Origin: Balamuthia mandrillaris
Lineage: Eukaryota
Direction: 5' to 3'
NCBI GenBank assembly: GCA_031835245.2
Contig: JAVKOQ020000036.1
Span: 124,001-188,000 of the forward strand
Length of the DNA stretch: 64,000 bases
A program made the translations under genes and the position numbers. Below the pieces are notes generated by a model. That model worked only from the letters and a program-made list of their open reading frames with translations, made no database searches and was not told the DNA's origin. Shown here one piece after another: positions 46,259 through 59,300 of this stretch; the stretch's first letter is position 1, and every line of letters starts with the position of its first letter.

Positions 46259-49200
46259 GAGAGAGAGAACGAGGGCAGAAGCGAACCGTTTCCAAATATT
46301 TCATCCTCATCACTTTGTCCTTCCGAATAATACAGCACTCCGCACTTGAACTGCGTTACTTTCTTCTTCTGCTCGTATTGTAACAATTCATTCTGCAAGG
46401 AAAGAGCGGAGGAATAACGCTTCTCTTCTTCTGGACTTGAACCCACATTCGGAGCCTCCGCCATTGAGCTTATGGGAATGTTGTATAAATGCCGTTTGTC
46501 CACAAACGGGAAAATGTGCTGAAGCGACTCCCAAAGTTCTTTTGGAGGCACGTTTGGAATGATCATCCTAAACTCATCCAATGACGTTCTGAGAAGGATA
46601 TGAAATTTTTCTGTTGTATCTGAGGAGGGAGAAGAGGAAGCTGAGGAAGAGGAGGAAGATGCAGGAGCTGATTTCGTTTTAGCATCAAAAGGGAGGACAC
46701 TGATGCATATGGGACCGTAGTCGGGTATCTCTCCGAGATAGGTCTCATGTCCTTTTTATTATCAGTAAGGTTTAGTCAGAAGCAAGGAAGGGAAAGAGAG
46801 ATAGGAATGACAAGGAAAAATAAAACAAAGCTCAAGAAGTAGATACGTTTTCCATAGAACGTGTTCTTGTACAAGTTGGAAGGATATGTTCGTTTCAGCA
46901 AGGTGGGTTTTAGCCGTCCTCTGGAAACGGATAAACTTCCTGATCTGCTGCGAGAATTTCCTGGCGAAGTAGAAGAGGAAGCTTCTTTCGTGTGTTCAGA
47001 GGTTGTGTGGCGATTACGACTTCTGGAAGGGGTGACTAAAGGGCTGTTAGTAAGAGCGATGCTGCTTTCAACGTTGGTTTCGGTGGGAACGGCCTCTATT
47101 CGAAAGCCTTCCCCTGGAATTACTATTCCCGAGTTCACAACCACGTGCTATTTAAATATAGGGAGAGAACGAGGGAGAATGAAATGAGATAAGAAGGAAA
47201 TAAACTCAATAGAGTCGGGAACATACTTCGTACTCATCTTCATCTGTGCTCTCAGACGAACAATCATTTAGTGTCCACTAAAAGAGATAACAAAATGTTA
47301 GCAAAGATCACACCATAAGAAAGAACTTAAAAAGGCGTACATCATAAGGCATATACTGCACGGTTATGCTGAGAGATTTGTTGGGTGCAGTTTTTTCTTT
47401 GTGTTTTTTATCGTTGTTATTGCTGTTGGCGTTAAGCAAGCTTTCTAGTGCTTGGTGTTTGGCGCTGTCTTGTGGCAAGTACCGCAGCATCCAATTCAAT
47501 AGGTCCTGTTCGAGTGCGCCAAAATCCCCGGCATACCATTGAAAGACTTTGGGACATTGAACGACACCCCATTCAGCATCAACCTCAATGGAGTTCACGA
47601 ACCGGGCCATAGCTCTGCAAAAATAAGCACAAAAATTATAACGTTAACGGAAGAAAACGAACAGGAAGAGTGGCAAACAAAAAAAAAAAAAAAAAACCGA
47701 AAAACCGAAAAACCGAAAAAGAGAAGATAAGACAAAAGTGAGACAAGAGAGCAGGCAGGAAAGAAGGACTGAAGGAAAGAAGGTAAGAAGCAGGTAGAAG
47801 AAACGGTAATTACTGTTCCAGTTCGGAGTCAATGGAAGCAGCACTGTACACAGAGAGCGATGGGCTGGACTTTGATCCATCACAAAGTGCAGCTAGAACT
47901 CTCGGATCCACTCGTTTCTTCAAGCTGAAAGCTCGACGAGGGTCATCTCCTTGAAACCGTGCCACGTCGATGATGGGAGGATGTCTATTACCTGCATTTT
48001 GTGTCAGCAAAAAAAAAAGGTTACTGTCTCGGCCTCTGTCGGTTTCTATTGAACAATGTAATGTACCTCGAAGGATACCATGATGAATGTCCCACAGGCC
48101 ATATTTATGAGGTCCTATCATGTACAAACAGCCAGTGAAGAAATCCGGTCGTCCTTCCGGAGGGCCTGCAATTCATCCTTCATTAAAATGTTCTTTGAAA
48201 GAAATGAAGCAGCAGAAACGAACATCACAAAGAAGGAAGAGAAAACTATGAACGTGAAGCAGAACAGGAACACGAACAAGAACAAGAAGAAATAGAAGAA
48301 TATGAGTTCTGGAGAGGGAGGAGTACAAACCCCCAACAGTAATAGCATGAATGACCATAATGTTGTACACATTGATGAAGAACGCCTTGGTCTGATTGGT
48401 GTCAAACACGGAGGGGTCCACGTGCTGCAACTCCTGAGCCCACGCCAAATAGCGCTTAAACTCAGGACCTTGCGCCAAGGCGGCATAGTCAACGGCCCTA
48501 CCCTCCTCCTTCACGTAGTTTTGCAGCAAGCTCGTGAGGTGCTCCTGCAGGGCCTCGGCAATGGCCAGCGAGGTCTCCGCAGTTTTGACAGAGAGAGTAA
48601 CGGGGTTTTTGATGGGGTAAGTCATTGAGGAGAGGTAGGCTCCTAGTTGTCTTGCCATGTTGAGCACTTCCACTTCTACCTTTTGTTGCTCTTATTAACC
48701 AAATAAAATAAAATGAAGGATAAAAGGAAAGAACGAAAGCATTGACAAAGAAGAAGCAGAAGAGGCAGGGGTAGAGGCAGAAGAAAAGAAGAAGAAGCAG
48801 AAGAACAAGAAGCAGCAGCAGCAGAAGAAGAAGAAGAACAAGAAGAAGAAGAAGAAGAAGCACAAGAAGAAGAAGAAGAACAAGAAGAAGAACAAGAACA
48901 AGAACAAGAACAAGAAGAAGAAGAAGAAGAACAAGAACAAGAACAAGAACAAGAAGAACAAGAACCAGGAGGAGAAGGAAGAGACGAAGAACAAGAACAA
49001 GAAGAAGACAAACACGAAAAGAATAAAGAAAGAAAAATAAAACATTTAACCAAACGTGAGCTAATAAAGTACTTTGTAACGATAGAGCGCAGCAGAGTTG
49101 GAAAAGGGAAGATCAGCCTCAGAGTCTTTGGCGTTGACAAAATGGCCTTTCTCCAGCAGCAGCTGTCCTATGGTGTTGGCTTGACGTTCATCGATGCCAT

Positions 49201-49575
49201 ACGTTTTCATAAGCCACATCACCAATTCATATCCTTTTTGATTGATTCCGGATTGTTACAAAAAAAAAAAAAAAAAGGAGGACAAAAAAAGAAGGAAAAA
49301 AAGAGAAGAAGAAAAAGAAAGAAAGAAAAGACAAGAAAGAGAAAGACAGGAAAAGAGAGAGAAGGAAGGAAGGAGGTTGAACCTTTGAAACATTTCTTGT
49401 AGGACCAAAAGAAAGAGCCAATGTCCCGGGCCACAAGACCGATTCGTGGATCTCTGAGGCGCGCATAAACCTCCTCCAACTCGTAGGCACGCGCTCCTTC
49501 GTCCTCTTTGCTGTTGTTGTTGTTGTTGGCGGCGGAAGGGCCACCCCCAGAGGGCAGCTTCAGCTGTTGCTTCAT
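45179..49575 (-). CDS. DEP + DUF547 + Rap/Ran-GAP multidomain protein
   Basis: DEP (YKKCFKGYELVMWL...ANTIGQLLLEKGHF...FSNSAALYRY); DUF547 (VDYAAL...KAFFINVYNIMVIHA...DPRVLAALCDGSKSSP...PKVFQWYAGDFG...YDWTLND); RapGAP (FKCGVLY, FLNILGDTIAL.GWEGYAAGLDV, QQIERKRHLGNDSVVIVF). An in-frame small exon at about 47277-47227 links the DUF547 and GAP parts. Confidence 0.87.
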
Positions 49576-49771
49576 TTATTTCTTGCTGGCTCTCCTCTTC
49601 TTCTCCCAACAACTGGTATCAATTTTTTGTCGGAATAATTCAGATTGTTTGCTTAATAAGGATAACATTATTAAATATTGAAGCAATCGCATTAAATATA
49701 CGATAATTCGTGTTATTTATTACGCTGATCGAAACTTAGATCAATCTAAGGCGGATATGATTTCCTATTGG

Positions 49772-52609
49772 TCAGAAATAGTGGCGCAGCAAAAGGTGGC
49801 ACAATTGCTCTTTCAGCCTTTCGTAGTGGTCGGCCTCGTGGCTCGCCGTTTGTGAGGGTGTCGTTCGTCGCAGGTCTCCTGAAGAGGCGTTCGTCTCCTT
49901 CCCTATCTCTTCTCGGAAAGCATCGGCGACCGGCAAGGGCTCTCCCTCATTCTGTGTTGTAGGCGAGCGATCTTTGTCAACGCGGTTTTGTGCTGTGCTG
50001 CTGCTCCTTGCATGCACGTCAACATCTTCGACGACCTCAGCTCTTGGCGCTTTGTTGTTGGCGTCATTGCTTCGTCCGGGTTGGAACGGGATTGTGTATG
50101 GCTCGATTTGTCCCTCGTCGTAGATGCCGAAAGCCTCACCAAATTTTCGTTTTAAGGCTGGATTGCAATGTAGTGGTGTGAGAGAAGGAGACGAGAGGTC
50201 AGGGTTGGGATGAGTTTTCGCGGTTTGTTGCGGTTGTTGTTGCTGTTGGGCTTTTGCGTATGGGAGTGCTTGTTGACCTTGTTGTTCTGTGTGTGCCGGG
50301 TCCAGTACTTGCTCTGCTAGTTGCCGTTTTTGTTCGTCATGTTCTTCATATTCGTCCTCTTGCTTAATGACGTCTAGCCCTACTTTGTCTGTTTTTTGTT
50401 GCTCTCCTTTCGCTACAATCACGTTTTCTATTTCTCCAACCACGTTCAGGAGTTTGGTATCATGGTCTCTTGCGACATTGTTTAGTCGTTGTGCAATGTC
50501 GTATGATTGTATGCTGAAGGGTAGTAAAAGGGAGAGGAGTCATCAAATACGCTAATAGGAACGCAAAAAAACCTACAAAACACAAGAACAAATATAAAAA
50601 CAACTTACTCTGCTACTTGCTCCTCTTTCATTTCGGCGTTTAAAGTTTCGATGGTACTCCGATACGGCGGCGTTAATCGTTTCTCTCCAACTGTTAAGAG
50701 AGCGGCAGCAGAGGAGACGAGAACAGGGAAGGAAGCACAGGAAGAACCAGAAGAGACAGGAGAAGTCAGCTCTTGGGTTTGAGAGCGGGCGGTAGTTGAG
50801 ACAGTGGTAGGTTTCTTCGTTGTGTCGTTGATCATTGTATAATCTTCGTCTTCGTCATCATCGTCATCATCGTCATCAGCGTGGTCACCGTTTAACACAA
50901 AAAGCTCACCCTCCTCATCCTCCTCCTCTTCCTCCTCCGATTCCTCCTCCTCTTCCTCCGATTCCTCCTCCTCTTTCTCCTCTTCCTCCGATTCCTCCTC
51001 CTCTTCCTCCTCTTCCTCCGATTCCTCCTCCTCTTTCTCCTCTTCCTCCTCCTCCTCCTCCTCGGAAGTTTTCCCGTTGGTGAGTTGTCTGTTGTCAGCC
51101 TGCACGTTCTTTAGCCTGTCGCTGTTCGCTTTTTCGATGGCGTTTTTCAGCCTCAAACTTCGTCGGAGTTTGCGCGGTTCCTCACCAACGTTGGGCGGTT
51201 CGTTGACTTTTTTCTCGTGTTCGCCCTCAGAAGCTCGCTTCTTGTACCTGCAGATATTGTTTGTTCGGTAGTTTCTGGGTATCCGTTTGTTTGCTCTCAC
51301 GTACTTCGTGAGCACGTTTCTCTCGTGCAAGGACTCCCAGTGCTCAGTCAGCACCGAGGTCCAGTGGGTCCAGAATTCGTCTGGAGGCTTGTATTTTGCG
51401 GAAGGGAAGTCGATGCTGTACATCTTGGTAAGCTGTATTGAAATGATAGAGGGGCCTAGGATAGCCTTCTCAATGAAGTGGCTACTCTCTTTGCCCCAGT
51501 GCTTTTCCTGTCTTTCGCCCCTTTTCCAACATTCTTCCAGATAGCTTGAAAACTGAAGCTCCATCGTTCGACGACGACGCCAAACTTGGTTGTGTTTGCG
51601 CGTTTGCCAAACCTTCCAAAGTTTCTTACTCAACGCCTCACACTGGTGACTAGCCGCAATATGCTGGCTAACCCATCCCTCGAAGAGGATTTTCCATCCA
51701 CTTGGGGTAACAGTGGGATACCGATCAAGCCAGCGGCCCGCTTCATCTGCTAGAACTTTTTTCTTTCGTGCGATAAATTCCTTTCTTTGCTTTCGTGTGA
51801 GGCCTGGAACATGAAGCCGTTCAGATGTTGAACTCTTCGGAGCTGGGTCCTCCGCTTTTGCTGTCAAATCTGATATGATCTCCGCTCTCAATGCTGCTTT
51901 AATCTCCTCAATCAAAGTTCCTTTTATCTCCGCCATCAGGGTTGCTTTAATCTCCTCTTTTAACTCCTTGAATATCTCGGCTTTTATGGCTGCTTTGAAG
52001 AGAGGAGCAGCAGGGTTAACAAATGTGCGTAAACTCTGACTGAAAATTACCCAAAAACTCACACCCGTTCCTTGTTTCTCACCTCGTTTATGTTCCTGTG
52101 CTTCTTCATTTACAGCGTGGGCCGCTTGGTTGTAATTAAGGTTGGTGAGAAAAGTATCATCGTAGAGAAGAAGAAGCAGAAAAAGAACAACAGGAATAGG
52201 AACAAGACGAAGGAGAACAGGAGGAAGAGGAAGAAAAGGACAGCAGAAAGAATGACAAGAAGAAGAAGAATGAATACAACACAAAGCAACATAGACTCCA
52301 CTACCACAATGACGACACTTTCATGAAAAAAAACAGGACACGAACAAGAAAGAAGAACTGTACCATTGCTACCTTCATCAACTGGCGAGGCTTGGCCAGC
52401 ACCTGCTCCTACCACTTCGTGTGCATCACCTGCAGAATGGTTTTGCCCCAGGTGCTTCTTCTCTTCCAACGAACAAAAACGTAGCCGCTCCTCTTCCAAC
52501 TTTTCTGCAGTAGAGTCTAAGTCATCGTTGTTAGAGCGACCGCTTCCACCTCTTGTTCTGCTTCACAACAAGCCTGCCTACCTGAACGAGTACGGCCTCT
52601 CTTCGACAT
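49772..52609 (-). CDS. Hypothetical protein with coiled-coil and acidic tracts; 5' end uncertain
   Basis: Long ORFs 50605-52284 and 49772-50443 join in frame across a GT-AG intron (about 50607-50516). An upstream exon lies at about 52565-52364. The nearest ATG (52609) is not cleanly in frame. No family recognised. Confidence 0.55.
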
Positions 52610-52933
52610 TGGAAGAAATAAGGCCTTCCTTTCCCTCTCTGCTACACAAAAAGTAACAAACAACAACGAGAGCGTGAGTACCAGCCCAGCCCCTTCTTCT
52701 TCTGTGTTTTGCTGTGTGTAAACAAAGAAGAGGCAAAAAAACAAGAACTTGGTTGGTCTCGCTACGCTCTTTTTTCAAACCACCAATGCGCAATCAAAGA
52801 TTAATTAATAAAATTGACTTTTTTCCTGGAAATTTAATTCGAATTTTGTAGAGCGAGGTGACATCAACGTTATCTAAAAAAAGATAGAGCTGATGTCATG
52901 AGAAAATTTGAATAAGAACGAAGCAAGTTTCTG

Positions 52934-53121
52934 ATGGAGGCTGCATCGACGTCGTCGAACAAGACGGGCGACTTGTTGTCTATCCTGCAGAAAGAAGGGT
53001 TTCATATCTCGGCTGAGAGTGTGCACGCATGCGAAGACGAAGCGGTGTCAGCCCTCCAAAGCGGAAATCTGAACGCCTTTCGCCAAGCCGTGCTGAACGT
53101 ACGCATCACCTTGGAGATTAG

Positions 53122-53161
<40 letters not shown>

Positions 53162-53607
53162 CACTTTTTATCTCAGAGCGACCTTCGCAAAATTGGCGAG
53201 AACGCTTTGCCTAAAGGAAGTGATCGCCAACCTGATGGCGTGGTAAGCATGGTCTTCTTTGATTTTTGTTGTTGTTCTCTCTTCAACGGAACTTACCGGT
53301 CGTGCTTTCTTTTTTTGCTTTTGGGTCAGATTGAAGGTCCTGTGGTGCTTCAGATCAAGTCAATAAAGAACGTGGCTGTGCCACAGGAACGTGACGACGC
53401 GGGCGGAGCCGAGAGTTTGCTGCGCGTGACCCTGTCCGATGGCCACACCACCATCAGTGCCGTCGAGCTTACGCCTGTACCAAAGCTTTCGTACGACTTA
53501 TATTTCTCTGTTCTCTTTCTTCTCTCTTGACTTCCTTCACTCTTTCATTCTTGTTCTTCTTCTTCTTCTTCTTCGTCATGTGGCACCCTTGTGCGTTCTT
53601 CTATCAC

Positions 53608-53653
<46 letters not shown>

Positions 53654-55374
53654 ATCTGACGTCTCACTAATTGGACAACTGGGCAAAGAATGAAAACGCC
53701 ACCAGGCACTAAAGTGTGTTTAAAAGGAGCAAGGATGGTAAAAACGTTTGTAGCGCTAACGGCAGCATGTTGCACTGTGTTGGGAGGAGAAGTCCCTTCT
53801 TTGATGGCTGGTTGGGCTGTGGAAAGGGTTTTGTTGCATCTCCTTTTCTCTTCTCTGTATCAATTTCACTCATCAAAAACAAACTCATTTTTTGGTTGTT
53901 TTCGTAACTTGTAAGAAACGGCAAGTTATTGACGATAAGGATGGCCCTCCTCCTTTTACGCCTGTTCCAGTGGTATGTTTATTCCTCTGCTCTCTTCTTG
54001 TTTTTTCTACTCCCCGTATCCTTTTCTTCGCACTTGCTTTTTTTTTCTCATGGGATTGCATTCCAGCAAACCAAACCACCAACCACCAAACAAGCACCAC
54101 CACCATCGAATCGCAACAAGCAGCAACAAACAGACAAAAAAACGGGAGGAGGAAAGCAGGGACCGCAACAAACAGCAACTAGCAACAAAGGAGCTCCTTC
54201 CGCCAACACACAAACCCAAGCAACAAACACAACTAGCAAAAGCAACAACGCAGGAAGAGGAAGAGGTAAAGGAAAAGGACAACAGAGAGTATCAGCTGGA
54301 CAAGAAATATCACAGCAGCACCAAAAACAACCACAACCACAGCACCGACCACAACAACAACCTCCACAACAACGACAACGATATCAATTGAAAGACGTTA
54401 CTCCCCAACACACGCAACCCGCAGCAATAACTACATCAACAGGAAAACCTGAAAAAAAACAAAACTTACCTTCACAATATCAACAACAGCCTCCAAAAGC
54501 AACCGAGTATGAAGAAGAAGCGGAAGAAGAAGAGGATGAAGAGGAAGAGGAAGTTATTTACCCTCAATTTCCCATCGACATGGAAGTCTTTCTTTGTGAT
54601 TGCAAGATCGCCGGCGTACGTCTTCGCTCCCTTCCACCTTTCTTTGCTCTTTTGCTTCAGCTCTTTGCATTACGCTCACCCTCTTCCATTCTCAGATAAC
54701 CGTGGAGCCACCGAATCACAGAACACCTCAACACACGTTGCAAGTTGCTCTGTCCGACCCCTACATCACCGTCATGGTATATAGTTAAATCTCTCCATCT
54801 TCCTTTTCCCTCCATCCATCAAGATGATCTTCTCGCCTCTGATCATTTTCTCCAAAACACGAAACACCAAAAATAACAAAACTCTTCAACAAAAACCACA
54901 AAAAACAAACCAAAAAAAAAAAAAGGAGTGATAAGCGATGAGCTCTATCCTTTGTTGGTGGGAACCACCAAAGAGCAGATGATGGGCGGCATCCACACAC
55001 CCCAAGGCCAAAACTACGTGCACCACGTCCTTTCCTCGGTGCAGACCTCTCTCTTGGGTCGTCCGGTGTTGGCGCAGCTGCATGCCTCTCAACTCCCTCT
55101 TCACCACGGTTCCTTGGTCACTGTGTTGGACTTGGAGTTTGTGGACCCTTCTCAACTACAATCACAACAACCGCACCACCATCAGCGTGGCGCAAGGCGT
55201 GGCAGAGGAAGCCGCCGCGGTGGAACTCGAAGACGGGGTGGAGGACGAAGAGGCGGAAGAAGAGGTGGCGGCAGGGGCACCGGAGGAAGAGGTGGTGGCG
55301 GTGGCGGCGGTCCACAACAACGCGGAGGTCGAGGAGGCCGAGCACGAGGACGAGGCGGAGGTCAAAGAGGGTAA
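52934..55374 (+). CDS. TDRD3-like (RMI1_N OB-fold) protein with a second putative OB domain and RGG tail
   Basis: DLRKIGENALP...IEGPVVLQIKSIKNVAVP...LLRVTLSDGHTTISAVE...KTPPGTKV.L...VLGGEV..L...W...DGPPPF matches the TDRD3 N-terminus. A Q-rich linker follows, and the C-terminal RGG repeats end in TAA at 55374. Confidence 0.82.
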
Positions 55375-56392
55375 AATTTACTATTGCAAAGAGCACAATA
55401 GGGGGGCATGGAAGACGCGGCAAATAGATGGAAAACTCGGGATGAGAGCATTGGGAAAGGTGTTGCCAACAATAAAAAAGGGGCGAGCAGGCGGAAGAAT
55501 TGACGTTTTGCGGCAAACGTCATAGTCTCACAGTCTCACGCACCATCATACTCATCCTTCAGTGTTCCTCCCCCGACCTTTAAAAAGAAATTAGCAATAG
55601 GTCGCCAAAAGGAGAGACCGACCTGAGAATGGAAATATCTGCCCAGCATCTAGAAACCTCGGACAATCTCCCGATACACCTTTCCTATCTCCACCTGGAG
55701 ATTAATTTTTGATCATCAGCTCGTGAACCGGAGGAGAGATTTTGCCAGGATCCATCGAAGTGATTGGAGCTCCCGTAAAATACACATCGCATAAGCATGT
55801 CTTTTTTTGCGCAACTAGGTAAAATAGTAAAAACAACAAAAAAGAAAGGAGGAGAGATATCTCGGAGAAGTGTTTCACTCTTGTAGCGCGGAAGCACGGG
55901 AAGCTTTTTGTCGCTCTCTCTCTTCCTGCCCTCCCATTTGTTCCTTTCCTCCTCCCCTTTACGGATGCACGCACACAAAAAAAAAGAGTTGTGGGAGCTG
56001 GAAAAAGTGTCATCTTGCGCTATTTTATTTTTATTCTCTGTTTGCTTGGTGGTTGGTCGTGACAAAGCACAAGTAACACACAGGGCGCGCGAGAGAGAGG
56101 GGGGAAAAAAAGCGTAGACGTGAAAAAATAATAAAACAACGAGAAGCTCAAAGGTAAGCGGCCATTAGGTTCTTCCCCCCGTGCCCCTCTCTTTGGTTTG
56201 TGGTCTTCCCTTCTTACCGTTTTTTTTTTTCCGTGTGCAAGAAAGCAAGAACCGGAGGGAAAAAAAAAACTAAGTTGCCTTCGTCCGTGGTGGTTTTATT
56301 TTTTTTTTTCCGCTGTTGGACCATTTGTTTGTTGACGTAGGGAAGAGGCGACATCCACTCTATTTATTTCTTTGTCCCCCCCTTCCAGTTGG

Positions 56393-59300
56393 ATGGGCGC
56401 TTGGGACCCCACAAGCTCCGCTATCTGCTCCTTGGGTTCCGTGCTTGCTTGCACTCTCGGCAGAAAACGCGATATCAACCCGCTCCACTATCCACCAGCT
56501 CAGCCACAAAGACCATCACCATCGCCAGCGCCACCATCAGGATATCCTTCTCACTATCAGCAAGAAGAACCATCACTGTCATCGATAATTGATGGACCCG
56601 AGATGCCTCGAGGCCATCAGCAGGAAGAGGACAGCCAAGGGCTAGCATCCTTGACTTCTCCCCCAGCCCCGCAAATGGAAATGTTTCGTCGTCGACGCTC
56701 TCTCCCCTCGCTTCCTTCTCAGGAAAACTCGTACAACAACTATCATCACAACCAGTCACAATCCTATTCTTCTTCTTCTCCTTCCCCACCTTTTTCTTTT
56801 ACATTTCATGACATCGATGATGGGGATTTGGACTCTGAGCCATTGCAGCCATCAGAGTATGCCGTCCTGCGGTCAGACAGTTTTGACTACCGTGTGGAAG
56901 AGAGGAGTGTGTCCCTTGCATCGGCGGCCGTGACATCTCGCAAGTCAAGCGCCACCTACGAGCAATTCAGTCAACGACAACAACCCCTCTTTGGACTTCG
57001 ACCGAAATCACTTTCACGACGAAGATCAGCCAATGTCTCTTGGACTTCTTCTCTTTCTTCCTCTTCTGCGAAGACGCAGAATCAGATGGAAGAGGACGCG
57101 CAACAAAAACGAGCCTCCTCCTTATTAGGAGCCAAAGCAGATAAGTACTCGATGCTCTTCCGGGCCGAACTGGAAACCACCATCGACCGCTGCCACTTTG
57201 TGATATACTTGGTGTGGCTATTGCATCTCGTCTCTTTTGTCTTGCTTTCCACGGGGCCATTTTGGACGGATGAGGCGAAGGGAAACACGGAGTACCGACG
57301 GGGATTTTTCCCTTGCATGCCAATAGCCATGCAATTGATTTTTCTGTTTGCGGGACTGTTCTCTTCCAGTCAGCTAATTGCAGGTATCTAGTCTGATCTT
57401 ATGTTATTACACCTGTTCTTGCTCCATCCTTTTGCACTATTTTTATTATCCCTCCTCTTTGTTATTCTTCCTTTTTTAAACAACCGGCGGCTTACCTTTC
57501 TTTTGCTTGTCGCACTGCGCTTTTAGGCAAGCACGACAAGCCGACCATTCATAAACTTGTTCGAGCCGCAACGCCGTTTCTCTGCATAACTATGCAATTT
57601 CAGTGCAACCATCTAGCACAACAAGAGATAGCAGAGTACATTTTCCCCTTTTGCCGCTGGTTACTCAACGGCAGCTACTTTTACTTCCACTCCATCTCCT
57701 CACTCCTCATCTTCGATTCCTTCCATTGCTTTGGAGCTACTGCTGGGATTGGAATTGGTGCCTTTGTAGCCTTTTGGCTCACCTTGCTACAAAGTCTCTT
57801 CTCCCTCCCTCAGACCCAACACAACGCGCTCACTCTCCTCTTTTCGCCGGAAGTAGGGTACGCTTTATTTCATTCCGCAGTAATATTCTATTGCCTTTGG
57901 GTTCTAACATTTTGTTGCAATGCATATGATAGTCCCCTTATACCTGCGATTGTAGTCGGCCTGTGCATGATGCAGTCTCGCACGATGAACACGACCTTTG
58001 AAGCCCTTAAGATGGCCAAAATTGAGGCCCAAAAGGCCAACTACACCAAATCCCTCTTCCTTGCCAACATGTCCCACGAGCTGCGCACCCCTCTCAACGG
58101 TATCATCGGCATGACGGAGACCCTCACCAACTCTACCAATCTCGCCTCCAACGAGCAACAGGACTGCGTCAAAGTGGCTCGTTCCTGTGCCAACAAGCTC
58201 TACCGAAAGATCAACAACATTTTGGAGTTCACCACTATTGAGGGAGGCAGTCTTTCCCTGGACCACGTGCCCTTCCACCTGCCTGACCTCATCAAGCAGG
58301 TCATACTTGACGCTGCCGCTGTACACACCAGCAAGAAAAAAGGCATTCGCTTCCAGTGCAACTTGGAAGGACTGGTTCCGAGAACTGTTTTGGGAGATCC
58401 CATTCGCTTGCGCCAGGTTCTCTGGAATCTAGTTACCAACGCCATCAAGTTTACTCCCTCTGGCGGCCGTGTGGAAGTGTTCTGCAGGGCCAAAGCCAAC
58501 TACAAGCATGAAGCAAACTTCAACGAATTTAGAAACGAGAGCGGAAGTGGGAACGAAAGCGAAACAGAGAGAAGGGAAGAGGAGAACAGTGTGAAGAGGA
58601 GGAGAAGGAGAGCGGGAAAGCCGGTACTTTTGGAATTTGAGGTTAGGGACACGGGGATTGGCATCTTGCCAGAGGCCATGGGGCGCCTCTTCCGGCCGTT
58701 CACTCAGGCGGATGCCAGCACTACACGCAAATATGGCGGCACAGGGTTGGGGTTGTGCATTTGTAAATCGATTGTTGAGAAGATGGAGGGTGATATCAGC
58801 GTTTGCAACAACGTAACTGGGGAAAACGGCACGAGTTTCTTCTTCACCATCAAACTTCAAGTTCCTGATGTGGAAGAAGAAGACGAAGAAGAAGAAGAAG
58901 AAGAAGAAGAGGAGAGGGGAAGAAAGCGAGCAAGCAAGGAACGAAAGTGTACAGGAAGGAGGAACTCCAGGCGGACTTAGTGGCCTCAGCGATGACGAAA
59001 TAGAAGAAGAGGAAGAAGAAAAAGAAGAAGGAGGAGTAGCAGAAGATAAAAATAAGGAACAGAAAGAACGATCAATTATGGAATGTAATGGCGTGGTACA
59101 TTCATCGCCTTTCTTGCAACGCTGTATCGAACCAACTTCTGATAGAAGGGCAGATGAAGAGCAACCTCAGCGCACCAAAACTACCACCAACACACCAACA
59201 GCAGAGACTGAAGAGCGAAACGCTCTTTCCTCTGCTTCTTCTTCGATTCTTCGGATTCTTCTCGTGGAAGACAACAAGGTCAATCAGATGGTGACCAAGC

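Noticed and set aside
49735..49750. Short inverted repeat CTTAGAT-CA-ATCTAAG
   Set aside because: Seven-bp arms in AT-rich DNA are expected by chance, and the repeat does not recur elsewhere in the window.
50900..51066. Tandem repeats in the orphan gene
   Set aside because: They simply encode an in-frame Glu/Ser tract.
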